Assembly: GCA_035381305.1 (NCBI GenBank) | Contig: DAOSYK010000004.1 | Span: forward strand, 9,948-73,947 | Length of the DNA: 64,000 nucleotides | Direction: 5' to 3' | Source: Clostridia bacterium | GTDB lineage: Bacteria; Bacillota; Clostridia; Christensenellales; DTU072 | In this document: piece by piece, positions 28,702 through 36,809 of the stretch | Layout: each line of letters starts with the position of its first letter | Position numbering within the stretch: the first letter of the stretch is position 1 | The notes under the pieces: model-generated | Seen by the model: the letters and a program-made list of their open reading frames with translations, nothing else | Told to the model about the DNA's origin: nothing | Databases searched by the model: none | Position numbers and translations under genes: made by a program

Positions 28702-30447
28702 TCAATAGTTGTCTCTCTTGTGATACTTTGTATGGAGTATCTCGTGGGCCTTGTGGCTGTTGGGCTTTTCAAGATAAGTCTTGTAGAGCTCCTGAATAAT
28801 GGGGTTCTCATGCGATTTGCGGAGAGTGTTCTTCGCGTCGAAGGAGTAGATGGCTCCCGCACGGAGACCTCTGTAGTCCACGTTGTTGCGGATGTATCCG
28901 CCGACATGGGGCTGTCCGCCGCCGTTTACGCAGCCGCCGGGACAGCTCATTATCTCAATGAAGTGGTATTCGGCTTCTCCTGAGCGGATCTTATCCATAA
29001 GAACTTTGGCGTTGGCAAGACCGCTGGCTACAGCAACCTTGACATCCATACCCGCTACATGAACGGTAGCTTCCTTGATTCCTTTCATGCCGCGTACAGC
29101 CGTGTACTCGATGTTGGGAAGAGTTTTTCCCTCGAGGATTTCGGCAACGGTGCGCAGCGCAGCTTCCATAACGCCGCCGGTTGCGCCGAACAGCAAGCCC
29201 GCCGAAGAGGCGATGCCTAAAGGCGCGTCAAACTCGCTGTCCTCAAGCTGGCTGAACATGATGCCATGGAGCTTGATGAGCTTGGCAAGTTCTCTCGTCG
29301 TTATTGCGATATCGATGTCGGGTACGCCGGCAGCACTCTGGTCGGCTCTGCCTTTCTCGAATTTCTTCGCCGTGCAGGGCATAACCGAAACAACGATCAT
29401 ATCCTTGGGGTCTACGCCGATCTTCTCAGCATAGTAGGTCTTGCAGATCGCGCCGAACATCTGCTGGGGCGACTTGCAGCTGGAGAGATTGGGGATAAGG
29501 TCGGGATAGTTGTGCTCAACGTACTTGATCCATGCGGGCGAGCAGCTGGTAAGCATGGGGAGCGTACCGCCGTTCTGGAGCCTGCCGAGAAGCTCGGTGC
29601 CCTCTTCCATAATGGTGAGGTCGGCTGTGAAGTCGACGTCAAATACATTTTTGAAGCCCATCTTTCTGAGGGCGGCGACCATCTTGCCTTCCACGTTGGT
29701 GCCGATAGGATAGCCAAACTCTTCGCCGAGACCTACGCGTACCGAAGGAGCTGTTCCGACGATAACGTACTTGGACTTATCGTTGAGAGCGGCGATAACA
29801 TCGCTGACTTCCTCTCTCTCGGTGATGGCGCCTACGGGGCAGGCCGCTATGCACTGTCCGCAGCCTACGCAGGGCACGTCGTTGAGGTCTTTCTCAAAGG
29901 CGCAGCCGATGTGAGTGTCAAAGCCGCGGGCGTTGGGTCCGATGACCGAAATACCCTGATAGCCTTTGCACGCGGCAACGCAGCGGCGGCAAAGTATGCA
30001 CTTGTTGTTGTCCCTGACGATGTAGGGTGTCGAAGTGTCGAGAACAAACTCGTTCTTCGCGCCCGAAAATTTGTGGGAGTTGCAACCGAGCTCATCGCTG
30101 AGTTCCTGAAGTTCGCAGTTGCGATTTCTGGGGCAGCTCAAGCAGTTCTGGTCGTGGTCGGACAGCAGAAGCTCCACTGTGGTGCGGCGGCTGTCGAGAA
30201 CCTTCTTGGAGTTGGTGGTTACTTCCATACCTTCGCTTACGGGGAAAACGCAACTTGCAACAAGGCTTTTTGCACCCTTAACCTCGACAACGCACACACG
30301 GCAGGCGCCGATAGCGTTGATGTCGCGGAGATAACAGAGAGTAGGTATCTTTATTCCTGCTTTTTTAGCGGCGTCGAGGACGGTAGTTCCTTCGGGAACC
30401 GATATGTCCTGGCCGTTTATCTTTAAATTAACCATTTTAGCTTCCAT
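28702..30447 (-). CDS. hydA: [FeFe] hydrogenase catalytic subunit, HydABC/bifurcating (group A3-like) architecture
   Basis: 581 aa. Has an N-terminal plant-type 2Fe-2S region (CYLRD…CRVC), a His-ligated cluster (HDQNCLSCPRNRNC) and 2x[4Fe-4S]. The H-cluster motifs are MPCTAKKFE and EIMSCPGGCVNGGGQP. The L1 motif reads TSCSPAW rather than TSCCPxW. Confidence 0.9.
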   Translation of the reverse strand: MEAKMVNLKINGQDISVPEGTTVLDAAKKAGIKIPTLCYLRDINAIGACRVCVVEVKGAKSLVASCVFPVSEGMEVTTNSKKVLDSRRTTVELLLSDHDQNCLSCPRNRNCELQELSDELGCNSHKFSGAKNEFVLDTSTPYIVRDNNKCILCRRCVAACKGYQGISVIGPNARGFDTHIGCAFEKDLNDVPCVGCGQCIAACPVGAITEREEVSDVIAALNDKSKYVIVGTAPSVRVGLGEEFGYPIGTNVEGKMVAALRKMGFKNVFDVDFTADLTIMEEGTELLGRLQNGGTLPMLTSCSPAWIKYVEHNYPDLIPNLSSCKSPQQMFGAICKTYYAEKIGVDPKDMIVVSVMPCTAKKFEKGRADQSAAGVPDIDIAITTRELAKLIKLHGIMFSQLEDSEFDAPLGIASSAGLLFGATGGVMEAALRTVAEILEGKTLPNIEYTAVRGMKGIKEATVHVAGMDVKVAVASGLANAKVLMDKIRSGEAEYHFIEIMSCPGGCVNGGGQPHVGGYIRNNVDYRGLRAGAIYSFDAKNTLRKSHENPIIQELYKTYLEKPNSHKAHEILHTKYHKRDNY

Positions 30448-30456
30448 TTCTTCCTC

Positions 30457-32241
30457 CTACTTTCTAACAATGGCGTTGAACTTGCAGCTGTCCATACAAA
30501 CGCCGCACTTGATGCACTTTTCTTTGTCGATGACGTGCAGCTCTTTGACCTTGCCGGTTATGGCGCTGACGGGGCACTTCTTGGAGCACAGCGTGCAGCC
30601 CTTGCATGCGTCGGTGATCTCGTAGCTGAGGAGCGCCTTGCAAACGCCCGCGGGACATCTCTTTTCCAGGATGTGAGCTTCATACTCGTCACGGAAGTAT
30701 CTGAGAGTGCTGAGCACGGGGTTGGGCGCGGTCTGGCCGAGTCCGCAGAGTGCGTTTTCCCTTATGTAGTAGCAAAGCTGTTCCATGTCGGCGAGGTCCT
30801 GCATTGTCGCTTTGCCTTCGGTGATCATGTCGAGGTACTCGAGAAGTCTCTTGGTACCGATACGGCAGGGTGTGCACTTTCCGCAGGATTCGTCCTGTGT
30901 GAACTGCAGGAAGAACTTGGCTATGTCGACCATACAGTTGTCCTCGTCGAGAACGATAAGACCGCCGCTTCCCATCATGCTGCCGATAGCGATAAGGTTA
31001 TCGTAATCGATGGGGGTGTCGATGTGGGTATAAGGTATACAGCCGCCCGAAGGACCGCCGGTCTGGGCCGCTTTGAACTTCTTGCCGTTGGGTATGCCGC
31101 CGCCGATGTCCTCGATGATGGTACGGAGCGTGGTGCCCATGGGGATTTCCACAAGACCGGTGTTGACGATCTTTCCGCCGAGCGCGAACACCTTGGTGCC
31201 TTTGCTCTTCTCAGTGCCCATTGCGGCAAACCACTCTGCGCCCTTGAGTACGATCTGGGGCACGTTGGCGTAGGTTTCGACGTTGTTAAGCAGGGTGGGC
31301 TTTCCGAACAATCCTTTGTTCGCGGGGAACGGAGGACGGGGACGGGGCTCGCCGCGGCGTCCTTCGATGGACGTCATAAGAGCCGTTTCCTCGCCGCACA
31401 CGAATGCGCCGCTGCCCAACCTTACTTCGAGATCAAAGTCAAATCCCGAATCAAGTATGTTCTTTCCGAGCAGTCCGTATTCCTTAGCCTGCTGTATCGC
31501 GATGCCAAGTCTTTCTACGGCGATGGGGTATTCTGCACGGACATATACATAGCCCTGTTTTGCGCCGACGGCGTAACCTGCTATAGTCATAGCCTCGACT
31601 ATCGCGTGGGGGTCGCCTTCGAGAATGGACCTGTCCATAAACGCGCCGGGGTCGCCTTCGTCGGCGTTGCAGCAGACATACTTAAAGTCGCCGACTGCAT
31701 TCTTGGTGAGCTGCCACTTGATGCCGGTCGGGAATCCGCCGCCGCCGCGGCCTCTTAAGCCCGAGGCCTTGATGACGTCGACAACTTCCTGGGGCTGCAT
31801 GGAGGTAAGCACCTTGATGAGAGCCTGATAGCCGTCATAAGCTATGTACTCGTCGATGTTTTCGGGGTTGATAACGCCGCAGTTTCTGAGTGCGACGCGG
31901 GTTTGCTTCTTGTAGAAGTTGGTTTCCGAAAGCGCCTTGGTGATAGCTTCGGCGTTGGGGTCTTTGTAGAGAAGTCTCTTAACGAGTCTGCCCTTTACAA
32001 GGTGCTCGGAGACTATCTCCCCGACGTCCTCTACCGCAACTTGGGAATAGAACGCGCCTTCGGGATATACGATGATGACGGGACCCACGGCGCAGAGGCC
32101 GAAGCAGCCGGTTTTTACCAGCAATACGTCGTCGGTCAGGTTGTTTTCTTTTATTCTGGCGGCGAATTCGTCATATATCTCACTGCTGTGATTGGAATGA
32201 CAACCGGTTCCTCCGCAGACCAATACTGTACTTCTGAACAT
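30457..32241 (-). CDS. hydB: NADH-binding flavoprotein subunit of the hydrogenase (NuoF-like HydB/HndC)
   Basis: 594 aa. Has an N-terminal thioredoxin-like 2Fe-2S region, the FMN/NADH motif GRGGGGFPTG, the NuoF cluster motif CGKCTPCR, and a C-terminal 2x[4Fe-4S] (CKGCTLCSKKCP, CIKCGVCMDSC). Confidence 0.92.
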   Translation of the reverse strand: MFRSTVLVCGGTGCHSNHSSEIYDEFAARIKENNLTDDVLLVKTGCFGLCAVGPVIIVYPEGAFYSQVAVEDVGEIVSEHLVKGRLVKRLLYKDPNAEAITKALSETNFYKKQTRVALRNCGVINPENIDEYIAYDGYQALIKVLTSMQPQEVVDVIKASGLRGRGGGGFPTGIKWQLTKNAVGDFKYVCCNADEGDPGAFMDRSILEGDPHAIVEAMTIAGYAVGAKQGYVYVRAEYPIAVERLGIAIQQAKEYGLLGKNILDSGFDFDLEVRLGSGAFVCGEETALMTSIEGRRGEPRPRPPFPANKGLFGKPTLLNNVETYANVPQIVLKGAEWFAAMGTEKSKGTKVFALGGKIVNTGLVEIPMGTTLRTIIEDIGGGIPNGKKFKAAQTGGPSGGCIPYTHIDTPIDYDNLIAIGSMMGSGGLIVLDEDNCMVDIAKFFLQFTQDESCGKCTPCRIGTKRLLEYLDMITEGKATMQDLADMEQLCYYIRENALCGLGQTAPNPVLSTLRYFRDEYEAHILEKRCPAGVCKALLSYEITDACKGCTLCSKKCPVSAITGKVKELHVIDKEKCIKCGVCMDSCKFNAIVRK

Positions 32242-32253
32242 TGTTAATCCTCC

Positions 32254-32625
32254 TTACTCTTCCCCGACAAGATAGTCAACGCAGACTTTGCCGGCTACAA
32301 TATGTTGAGCTATTATATCTTTCGCCTTGGCGGGGTCAACCTTAACGTAAGTGACCTTGGGTTCGCCCGGCACAAATACTTCCACGATGGGCTCGAGTTT
32401 GCACATTCCGAGACATCCGGTGCGGGAAACTTTTACGCTTTTGAGATTGCGGTTCTGCACCTGCTCAACGAGTTCGTTGAAAACAGGTCTTGCACCCGCG
32501 GCGATTCCGCAGGTTGCCATACCGACGACAATGCGGGTCTCGGCGTTGGCGTCGCTGTTGTCGCGATTGAGAATCTGCGCCTGCATTTTTTCTCTTATCG
32601 CCTTGATGTCAGCTATTGTCTTCAT
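32254..32625 (-). CDS. thioredoxin-like [2Fe-2S] ferredoxin (HndB-like)
   Basis: 123 aa. The MATCGIAAGA…CLGMCKLEP pattern matches small HndB-type ferredoxins. Confidence 0.8.
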   Translation of the reverse strand: MKTIADIKAIREKMQAQILNRDNSDANAETRIVVGMATCGIAAGARPVFNELVEQVQNRNLKSVKVSRTGCLGMCKLEPIVEVFVPGEPKVTYVKVDPAKAKDIIAQHIVAGKVCVDYLVGEE

Positions 32626-33164
32626 AGATTTTTACCTCCGATTATGCTTTCGATGTTTTCTTGTATGTAGCTTTTCAGATAAACCATTGTCTCCGCGTCG
32701 TCTATGGGGACGGGGTCAAGTTCTCTCTTCACCTCGCGGGTGTCAAAAACGAATTCCTCGTTCTCATCCCGCACCGTCCAGACGAAATCGATATCGGGGT
32801 ACAACACCGTCGTTATCGTTTCGGCCACATCTCCTAAAGGCATTCTGTCGATGTGGTTTATAAGAAAGCTCGCATATACCCTGGTTCCCTTTCCTTTTTC
32901 CGACTCTATCGAGAAGTTTCCTCCCGCTGTTTCGGCCGCCATTTTCATAAGCGGTATCCCCAGTCCCACCTTTCTTGTCGTCCTGGTGGTGGAGAACGGA
33001 TCGGTGACCGTCTTTACAAATTCTTTGTCCATGCCCGTCCCGTTGTCGGCGATCTCGATATTTATGTACCCGTCCTTAACTTCTATGGTCACTTCAATCA
33101 GCGTGGCCTTTGCCTTGACCGAGTTTTCGACAATATCGAGGATGTGAAGGGACAGTTCTCTCAT
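32622..33164 (-). CDS. stand-alone GHKL (histidine-kinase-like) ATPase domain protein
   Basis: 180 aa with an N-box (EN), G1 DNGTGM and G2 GLGIPL. It has no DHp/His-phosphotransfer region, no TM segment and no receiver domain. It is translationally coupled on both sides inside the hydrogenase operon. Confidence 0.8.
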   Translation of the reverse strand: MRELSLHILDIVENSVKAKATLIEVTIEVKDGYINIEIADNGTGMDKEFVKTVTDPFSTTRTTRKVGLGIPLMKMAAETAGGNFSIESEKGKGTRVYASFLINHIDRMPLGDVAETITTVLYPDIDFVWTVRDENEEFVFDTREVKRELDPVPIDDAETMVYLKSYIQENIESIIGGKNL

Positions 33165-33665
33165 TTAGTCCTTGTACTTGGCAAGTATTCCGTCGACGTC
33201 TTTCGCCGTGAGCTTGCCGTAGACATTGTTGTTGATGTTGATAACCGGGGCAAGACCGCAGCAGCCTATGCACCTTGTCTCAACGAGTGAAAATTTGCCG
33301 TCGGCAGTGCATTCGCCGTTCTCTATGCCGAGGTTTTTGCTGATAGCGCTGAGAACGTCTCCCGCGCCCTTTACGTAGCACGCGGTGCCCATGCAGATGG
33401 AAACCTGATTCTTGCCCTGCGGGTTAAGCGTGAAGAACGAATAGAACGTGGCGATGCCGAACACTTCTTCAAGCGAGACATTCATACCTTCGGCGATAAT
33501 CTTCTGTACTTCAATTGGCAGATAGCCGTAGATGTTCTGTGCCGCCTGCATTATGGGCATAAGTCCGCCGGGAACGCTTTTGAATTCGTCCAGCTTCTTT
33601 CTCAACGCGGCTTCCTGTTCGGGAGTGCCCGCGAAAGGAACTTTCGTCAATTTGATTTTTGCCAT
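33165..33665 (-). CDS. hydC: NuoE-like [2Fe-2S] subunit of the hydrogenase (HydC/HndA)
   Basis: 166 aa with the NuoE cluster motifs CMGTACYVKG and CIGCCGLAP. Confidence 0.9.
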   Translation of the reverse strand: MAKIKLTKVPFAGTPEQEAALRKKLDEFKSVPGGLMPIMQAAQNIYGYLPIEVQKIIAEGMNVSLEEVFGIATFYSFFTLNPQGKNQVSICMGTACYVKGAGDVLSAISKNLGIENGECTADGKFSLVETRCIGCCGLAPVININNNVYGKLTAKDVDGILAKYKD

Positions 33666-33730
33666 TTATCCCTCCAGAATAAAATTTTTTAGCCGTGGCT
33701 TTTTGTGCGCGCTTGTGAGCGCACAGAAGC

Positions 33731-33759
33731 ATTATATCATAGCTTTTCGGTTTTTGAAA
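33731..33759 (-). promoter_or_regulatory. candidate promoter of the hydC-hydA operon (extended -10)
   Basis: Minus strand reads TTTCAA-17 nt-TGaTATAAT (attata at 33731-33736 on the plus strand). The -35 is weak and the extended -10 is strong. Confidence 0.45.
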
Positions 33760-33774
33760 CAAATTTTGAGTAAA

Positions 33775-34470
33775 TTATCGGATTTCCGAACGTAAAAAAT
33801 CAATTAAATTTTTGGCAGACAAACTCTCAAGTTCAATTAATCCGCAAGCTATGCCGATTTCGTCAAGAGAGTGGGCGTCGCTGTCGAAAATAAGCCGATG
33901 GTTTGCGGCGTATTGCTCCCTCGTTGACTCGTCCGCTTTATGGGACAATTCGAGCGCTGCATACCCTTCGGGTATACTTCCCAGAACTGCAATGACGCCG
34001 TATGCCTCTCTGTCGACGTGGGCGGGGATGGCTATGCCATGGTATTCGGCGGCCCTTTTCCCTATCTCGCTTTCGCTAATATCGGCGCTCAAAGCAAGCA
34101 AAGTAGGCTCCTCCCAAAAGTTGTCGTCCTCGTCGAAAATCAGCTGATTTCCGAAAACTTCGGGCCTGTTGAGTTTGGTGGTAAACGGTATGGAATTGTA
34201 AAAATTTTCAAGATCCGGGTAGCTCTCAAAAAGGCATAAAATATGGATATCCTCATTGGTCTGCACCTCGATCGCGGGTACTACAAGGATATCCATCAAC
34301 TTTCCGATTTCCATTGTCAGCCTGACGTTTTTTATGCTGTTGTGGTCGGAAACGGCTATTATTTCCAGTCCTTTCAGGCTTGCGGCCGCGACAATGTTGG
34401 CGGGCGACATATCGTTGTCGGCGCAGGGCGACAAGGCGCTATGGATATGAAGGTCATATAAATATTTCAT
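33775..34470 (-). CDS. PHP-domain phosphoesterase
   Basis: The start was set at MKYLYDLHIHSALSPCADNDM, a typical PHP N-terminal His motif. Further His/Asp motifs are AVSDHNS and IPAHVD. Confidence 0.8.
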   Translation of the reverse strand: MKYLYDLHIHSALSPCADNDMSPANIVAAASLKGLEIIAVSDHNSIKNVRLTMEIGKLMDILVVPAIEVQTNEDIHILCLFESYPDLENFYNSIPFTTKLNRPEVFGNQLIFDEDDNFWEEPTLLALSADISESEIGKRAAEYHGIAIPAHVDREAYGVIAVLGSIPEGYAALELSHKADESTREQYAANHRLIFDSDAHSLDEIGIACGLIELESLSAKNLIDFLRSEIR

Positions 34471-34474
34471 TTTC

Positions 34475-34789
34475 TCACATCTTTCTCGCCGCTTCAAATA
34501 CGGCAAGTTTTGTGGTAATAAGCGCGATTCCTTTATCGGCGACGGCTTTTTTCAGCTGTTCGTCGGGTTGCACGTCTTCGCAGAGCACGACGACGCTGAC
34601 GTCGGTCAGAGACGCTACCGCCGCGACGTTTGTGTTGTTCATAATCGTAAACCACGCCGAGTTTTCGGGGGCGCGGCTCATGACAAAGCTTAAAAAGTCG
34701 CCGCAATATCCGCCCGTAATCTCCCTTTCGGGAGCGGGAAGAGAAATTATCTTTGCGTTAAGCGCATTAATAAGCTCAGTTATTTTCAT
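34475..34789 (-). CDS. DRTGG-domain protein
   Basis: 104 aa. It is paralogous to the ORF at 36446..36805, and its size and pattern fit stand-alone DRTGG proteins. Confidence 0.65.
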   Translation of the reverse strand: MKITELINALNAKIISLPAPEREITGGYCGDFLSFVMSRAPENSAWFTIMNNTNVAAVASLTDVSVVVLCEDVQPDEQLKKAVADKGIALITTKLAVFEAARKM

Positions 34790-36014
34790 TTTTCCTCACG
34801 CAGCCGTTTTTGTCCACCACGCCGTTGACGACATCCTCGGCAAACGCCTTGCACGAAGGCGCGCCGCAGCTGCCGCAGTCGATAAGCGGCAGAGTGGCAA
34901 GAAGTTTTTCGATTTCGTCGAGTTTTTGCAATGCCAGCAATCTGTTTTCATCCAGCCTGAACACATCTTTGGTCTCGGGCACTTCCTCCCAGCGGTAAAA
35001 GTCAAGGGGCTTGCCCTCGCTCTCTATGCTGTTTTCCGCCTTGGGAAGTTTTTGCCTCAGCAGTCTCAATCTTGCTCGGGCGACAAAAGGGTTTTCGATA
35101 TTGAGAACGCCCCCTACGCAGCCGCTTGTGCAGGCGTTCAGCTCCACAAAGTCTATGTAGTTGAGCTTACCGTTTTCCATATCTTTTAAAACGGTGACGA
35201 CGTTTTCCATGCCGTCGGCGGCAAGGTATCTTGTAAGACCCGTTCCTATCGCCTCCCCGCTGCTGCTTGCCCAGTAAACGCCCGAAGCTCCGCTCTTTGC
35301 CATAGGCTTAAGCTCGGTAATCTTATCCATTACGGCGGTAAGCTTGAGGTAGACTTCGCTTGTGGAAAGCACTCCGTCCACGCAGGGCTTTTTAAGTCCC
35401 ATGCCCGTCTTTAACGCAAAGACCTTTGCAGGACACGGCGAGATGAAAAATACGCCTATGTCCTCTTCGGGAATGCCGTTTTTAATTGCTCTTTCGCGCG
35501 CAAGTCTTGCCGCGACGTCAACGGGCGCAAGCGTGTCTATAATGTGGTCTTTAAGTCCGTGATAGCCCATGATTATGAGTTCCACAACGGCAGGACATGC
35601 CGAGCTTATTATCGGCTTTTTTATCTTGCCCTCTTCGATTATCTTTTTGGTCGCTTCGGTGATAAGCTCGGCCGCGCTCGAAACTTCAAACACGTCGTCA
35701 AAGCCTATCATGAGCAGGCCGTTAAGCACTCTGTCTATCGAGTCAAGATTTTGGAACTGTCCGTACAACGACGGCGCGGGCAGCGCGATCTTGTACTTAT
35801 AGTTGTTGATAATGTCGAAGCTGTCGTAGGCGGGGAGTTTCGCCTGATGGGGGCAGACTCTCACGCACTCGGCGCACCCGATGCAACGCTCGTAAAGCAC
35901 CGTTGCCTTTCCGTTGCGCACCCTGATTGCCTCGGTGGGACACCTCTTCATGCAGGAAACGCAACCTTTGCACTTTGCCGGGTCGAGCATTACCGTATGT
36001 AAACTTTTGTCCAT
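34776..36014 (-). CDS. PAS-less [FeFe]-hydrogenase-like protein, putative sensory type (HydS-like)
   Basis: 412 aa. Has an N-terminal 2x[4Fe-4S] (CKGCVSCMKRCP, CIGCAECVRVCP). All four H-domain cluster Cys are retained, but the motifs are altered: SSACP (relay Cys replaced by Ala), SPCPAK and ELNACTSGCVGG. There is an extra C-terminal Cys4 motif, CGSCGAPSC…GC. Confidence 0.8.
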   Translation of the reverse strand: MDKSLHTVMLDPAKCKGCVSCMKRCPTEAIRVRNGKATVLYERCIGCAECVRVCPHQAKLPAYDSFDIINNYKYKIALPAPSLYGQFQNLDSIDRVLNGLLMIGFDDVFEVSSAAELITEATKKIIEEGKIKKPIISSACPAVVELIIMGYHGLKDHIIDTLAPVDVAARLARERAIKNGIPEEDIGVFFISPCPAKVFALKTGMGLKKPCVDGVLSTSEVYLKLTAVMDKITELKPMAKSGASGVYWASSSGEAIGTGLTRYLAADGMENVVTVLKDMENGKLNYIDFVELNACTSGCVGGVLNIENPFVARARLRLLRQKLPKAENSIESEGKPLDFYRWEEVPETKDVFRLDENRLLALQKLDEIEKLLATLPLIDCGSCGAPSCKAFAEDVVNGVVDKNGCVRKNENN

Positions 36015-36029
36015 CGCTTCTCCTGTAGT

Positions 36030-36449
36030 TTAGAAATAAACCGACAACGTAACCGTCGTGCCTTCGTTTACTTTGCTCTGAATATCGAACTCGTCGGAAT
36101 ACCGCTTCATGTTGGGAAGTCCCATACCTGCGCCGAAGCCCTGTTCGCGTATGGCGTCGGGCGCGGTGGAATAGCCTTCCTGCATTGCAAGCTCGATATC
36201 GGCAATTCCCGGGCCTTTGTCGGCGAGCACAATCTTTATTCTGTCTTCAAAAATGTCTACCAGCGCTCTGCCGCCGCCCGCGTGTATAACCATATTGATT
36301 TCGCCCTCGTACATAGCGACCGCCACCCGCCTTATCACCGCGGGATCGGTGCCGAGCTTCTTCAATGTGGACTTAACCTCGTTGGACGCGCTGCCGGCCG
36401 AAACAAAGTTGTTGCCGGCGACATCGAATTCAAGGTGTAAGGAATTCAT
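36030..36449 (-). CDS. SpoIIAB-like GHKL Ser/Thr protein kinase / anti-sigma-type ATPase
   Basis: 139 aa with an N-box (EGEINMVIH), G1 DKGPGI and G2 GFGAGMGLPN, which is the anti-sigma regulatory factor architecture. Confidence 0.75.
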   Translation of the reverse strand: MNSLHLEFDVAGNNFVSAGSASNEVKSTLKKLGTDPAVIRRVAVAMYEGEINMVIHAGGGRALVDIFEDRIKIVLADKGPGIADIELAMQEGYSTAPDAIREQGFGAGMGLPNMKRYSDEFDIQSKVNEGTTVTLSVYF

Positions 36450-36805
36450 ACATCGTGATCTCCGGCTTTTAGTCCGGCTTCATAAAGTCTGCCGCAGGCA
36501 TTGTACATTCTCATGCGGCTTGACAGTATCGCGATACCCCTTTCCTTGGCGAGCTCCATCATGTCGGGCGTAGGCGTCTTGCCCCTTACGAGCGCAATGC
36601 ACCTGATGTCCATCATGTCGGCAGTTCTGACAACCTGGGGATTGCACAGACCCGAAAGAAGCAGCGCCTGGTCCTTAAGAAATGCCAGAACGTCGCTCAT
36701 CATGTCGGACGCGCACGCAGACCTTATGTCGAGGTCGAGCAAATCTTCGCCGCAGCAAACTTTTGCGTCAAGTATTTCCACAATTTCTCTGATTTTCATA
36801 TACAC
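36446..36805 (-). CDS. DRTGG-domain protein
   Basis: 119 aa. It is paralogous to 34475..34789, starts 4 nt after the nadE stop, and overlaps the kinase-like gene by 4 nt. Confidence 0.65.
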   Translation of the reverse strand: MYMKIREIVEILDAKVCCGEDLLDLDIRSACASDMMSDVLAFLKDQALLLSGLCNPQVVRTADMMDIRCIALVRGKTPTPDMMELAKERGIAILSSRMRMYNACGRLYEAGLKAGDHDV

Positions 36806-36809
36806 TCCT

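Noticed and set aside
29266-31758. Long antisense ORFs opposite well-supported genes (for example 29266..30426 and 30535..31758 opposite hydA/hydB; also 24944..25843, 16952..17815, 38716..39576, 49244..50164, 62350..63042, 21974..22396).
   Set aside because: They lack RBSs and recognisable motifs, have low-complexity Arg/Gly/Val/Ala-rich translations, and each lies fully inside a gene with strong motif evidence on the other strand. These are shadow ORFs typical of codon-biased coding DNA.
33666-33774. Rex (redox-sensing repressor) operator upstream of the hydrogenase operon.
   Set aside because: Only a half-site-like TTGTTTCAAAAAC is present. No TTGTGAA-N-TTCACAA-type dyad could be aligned.
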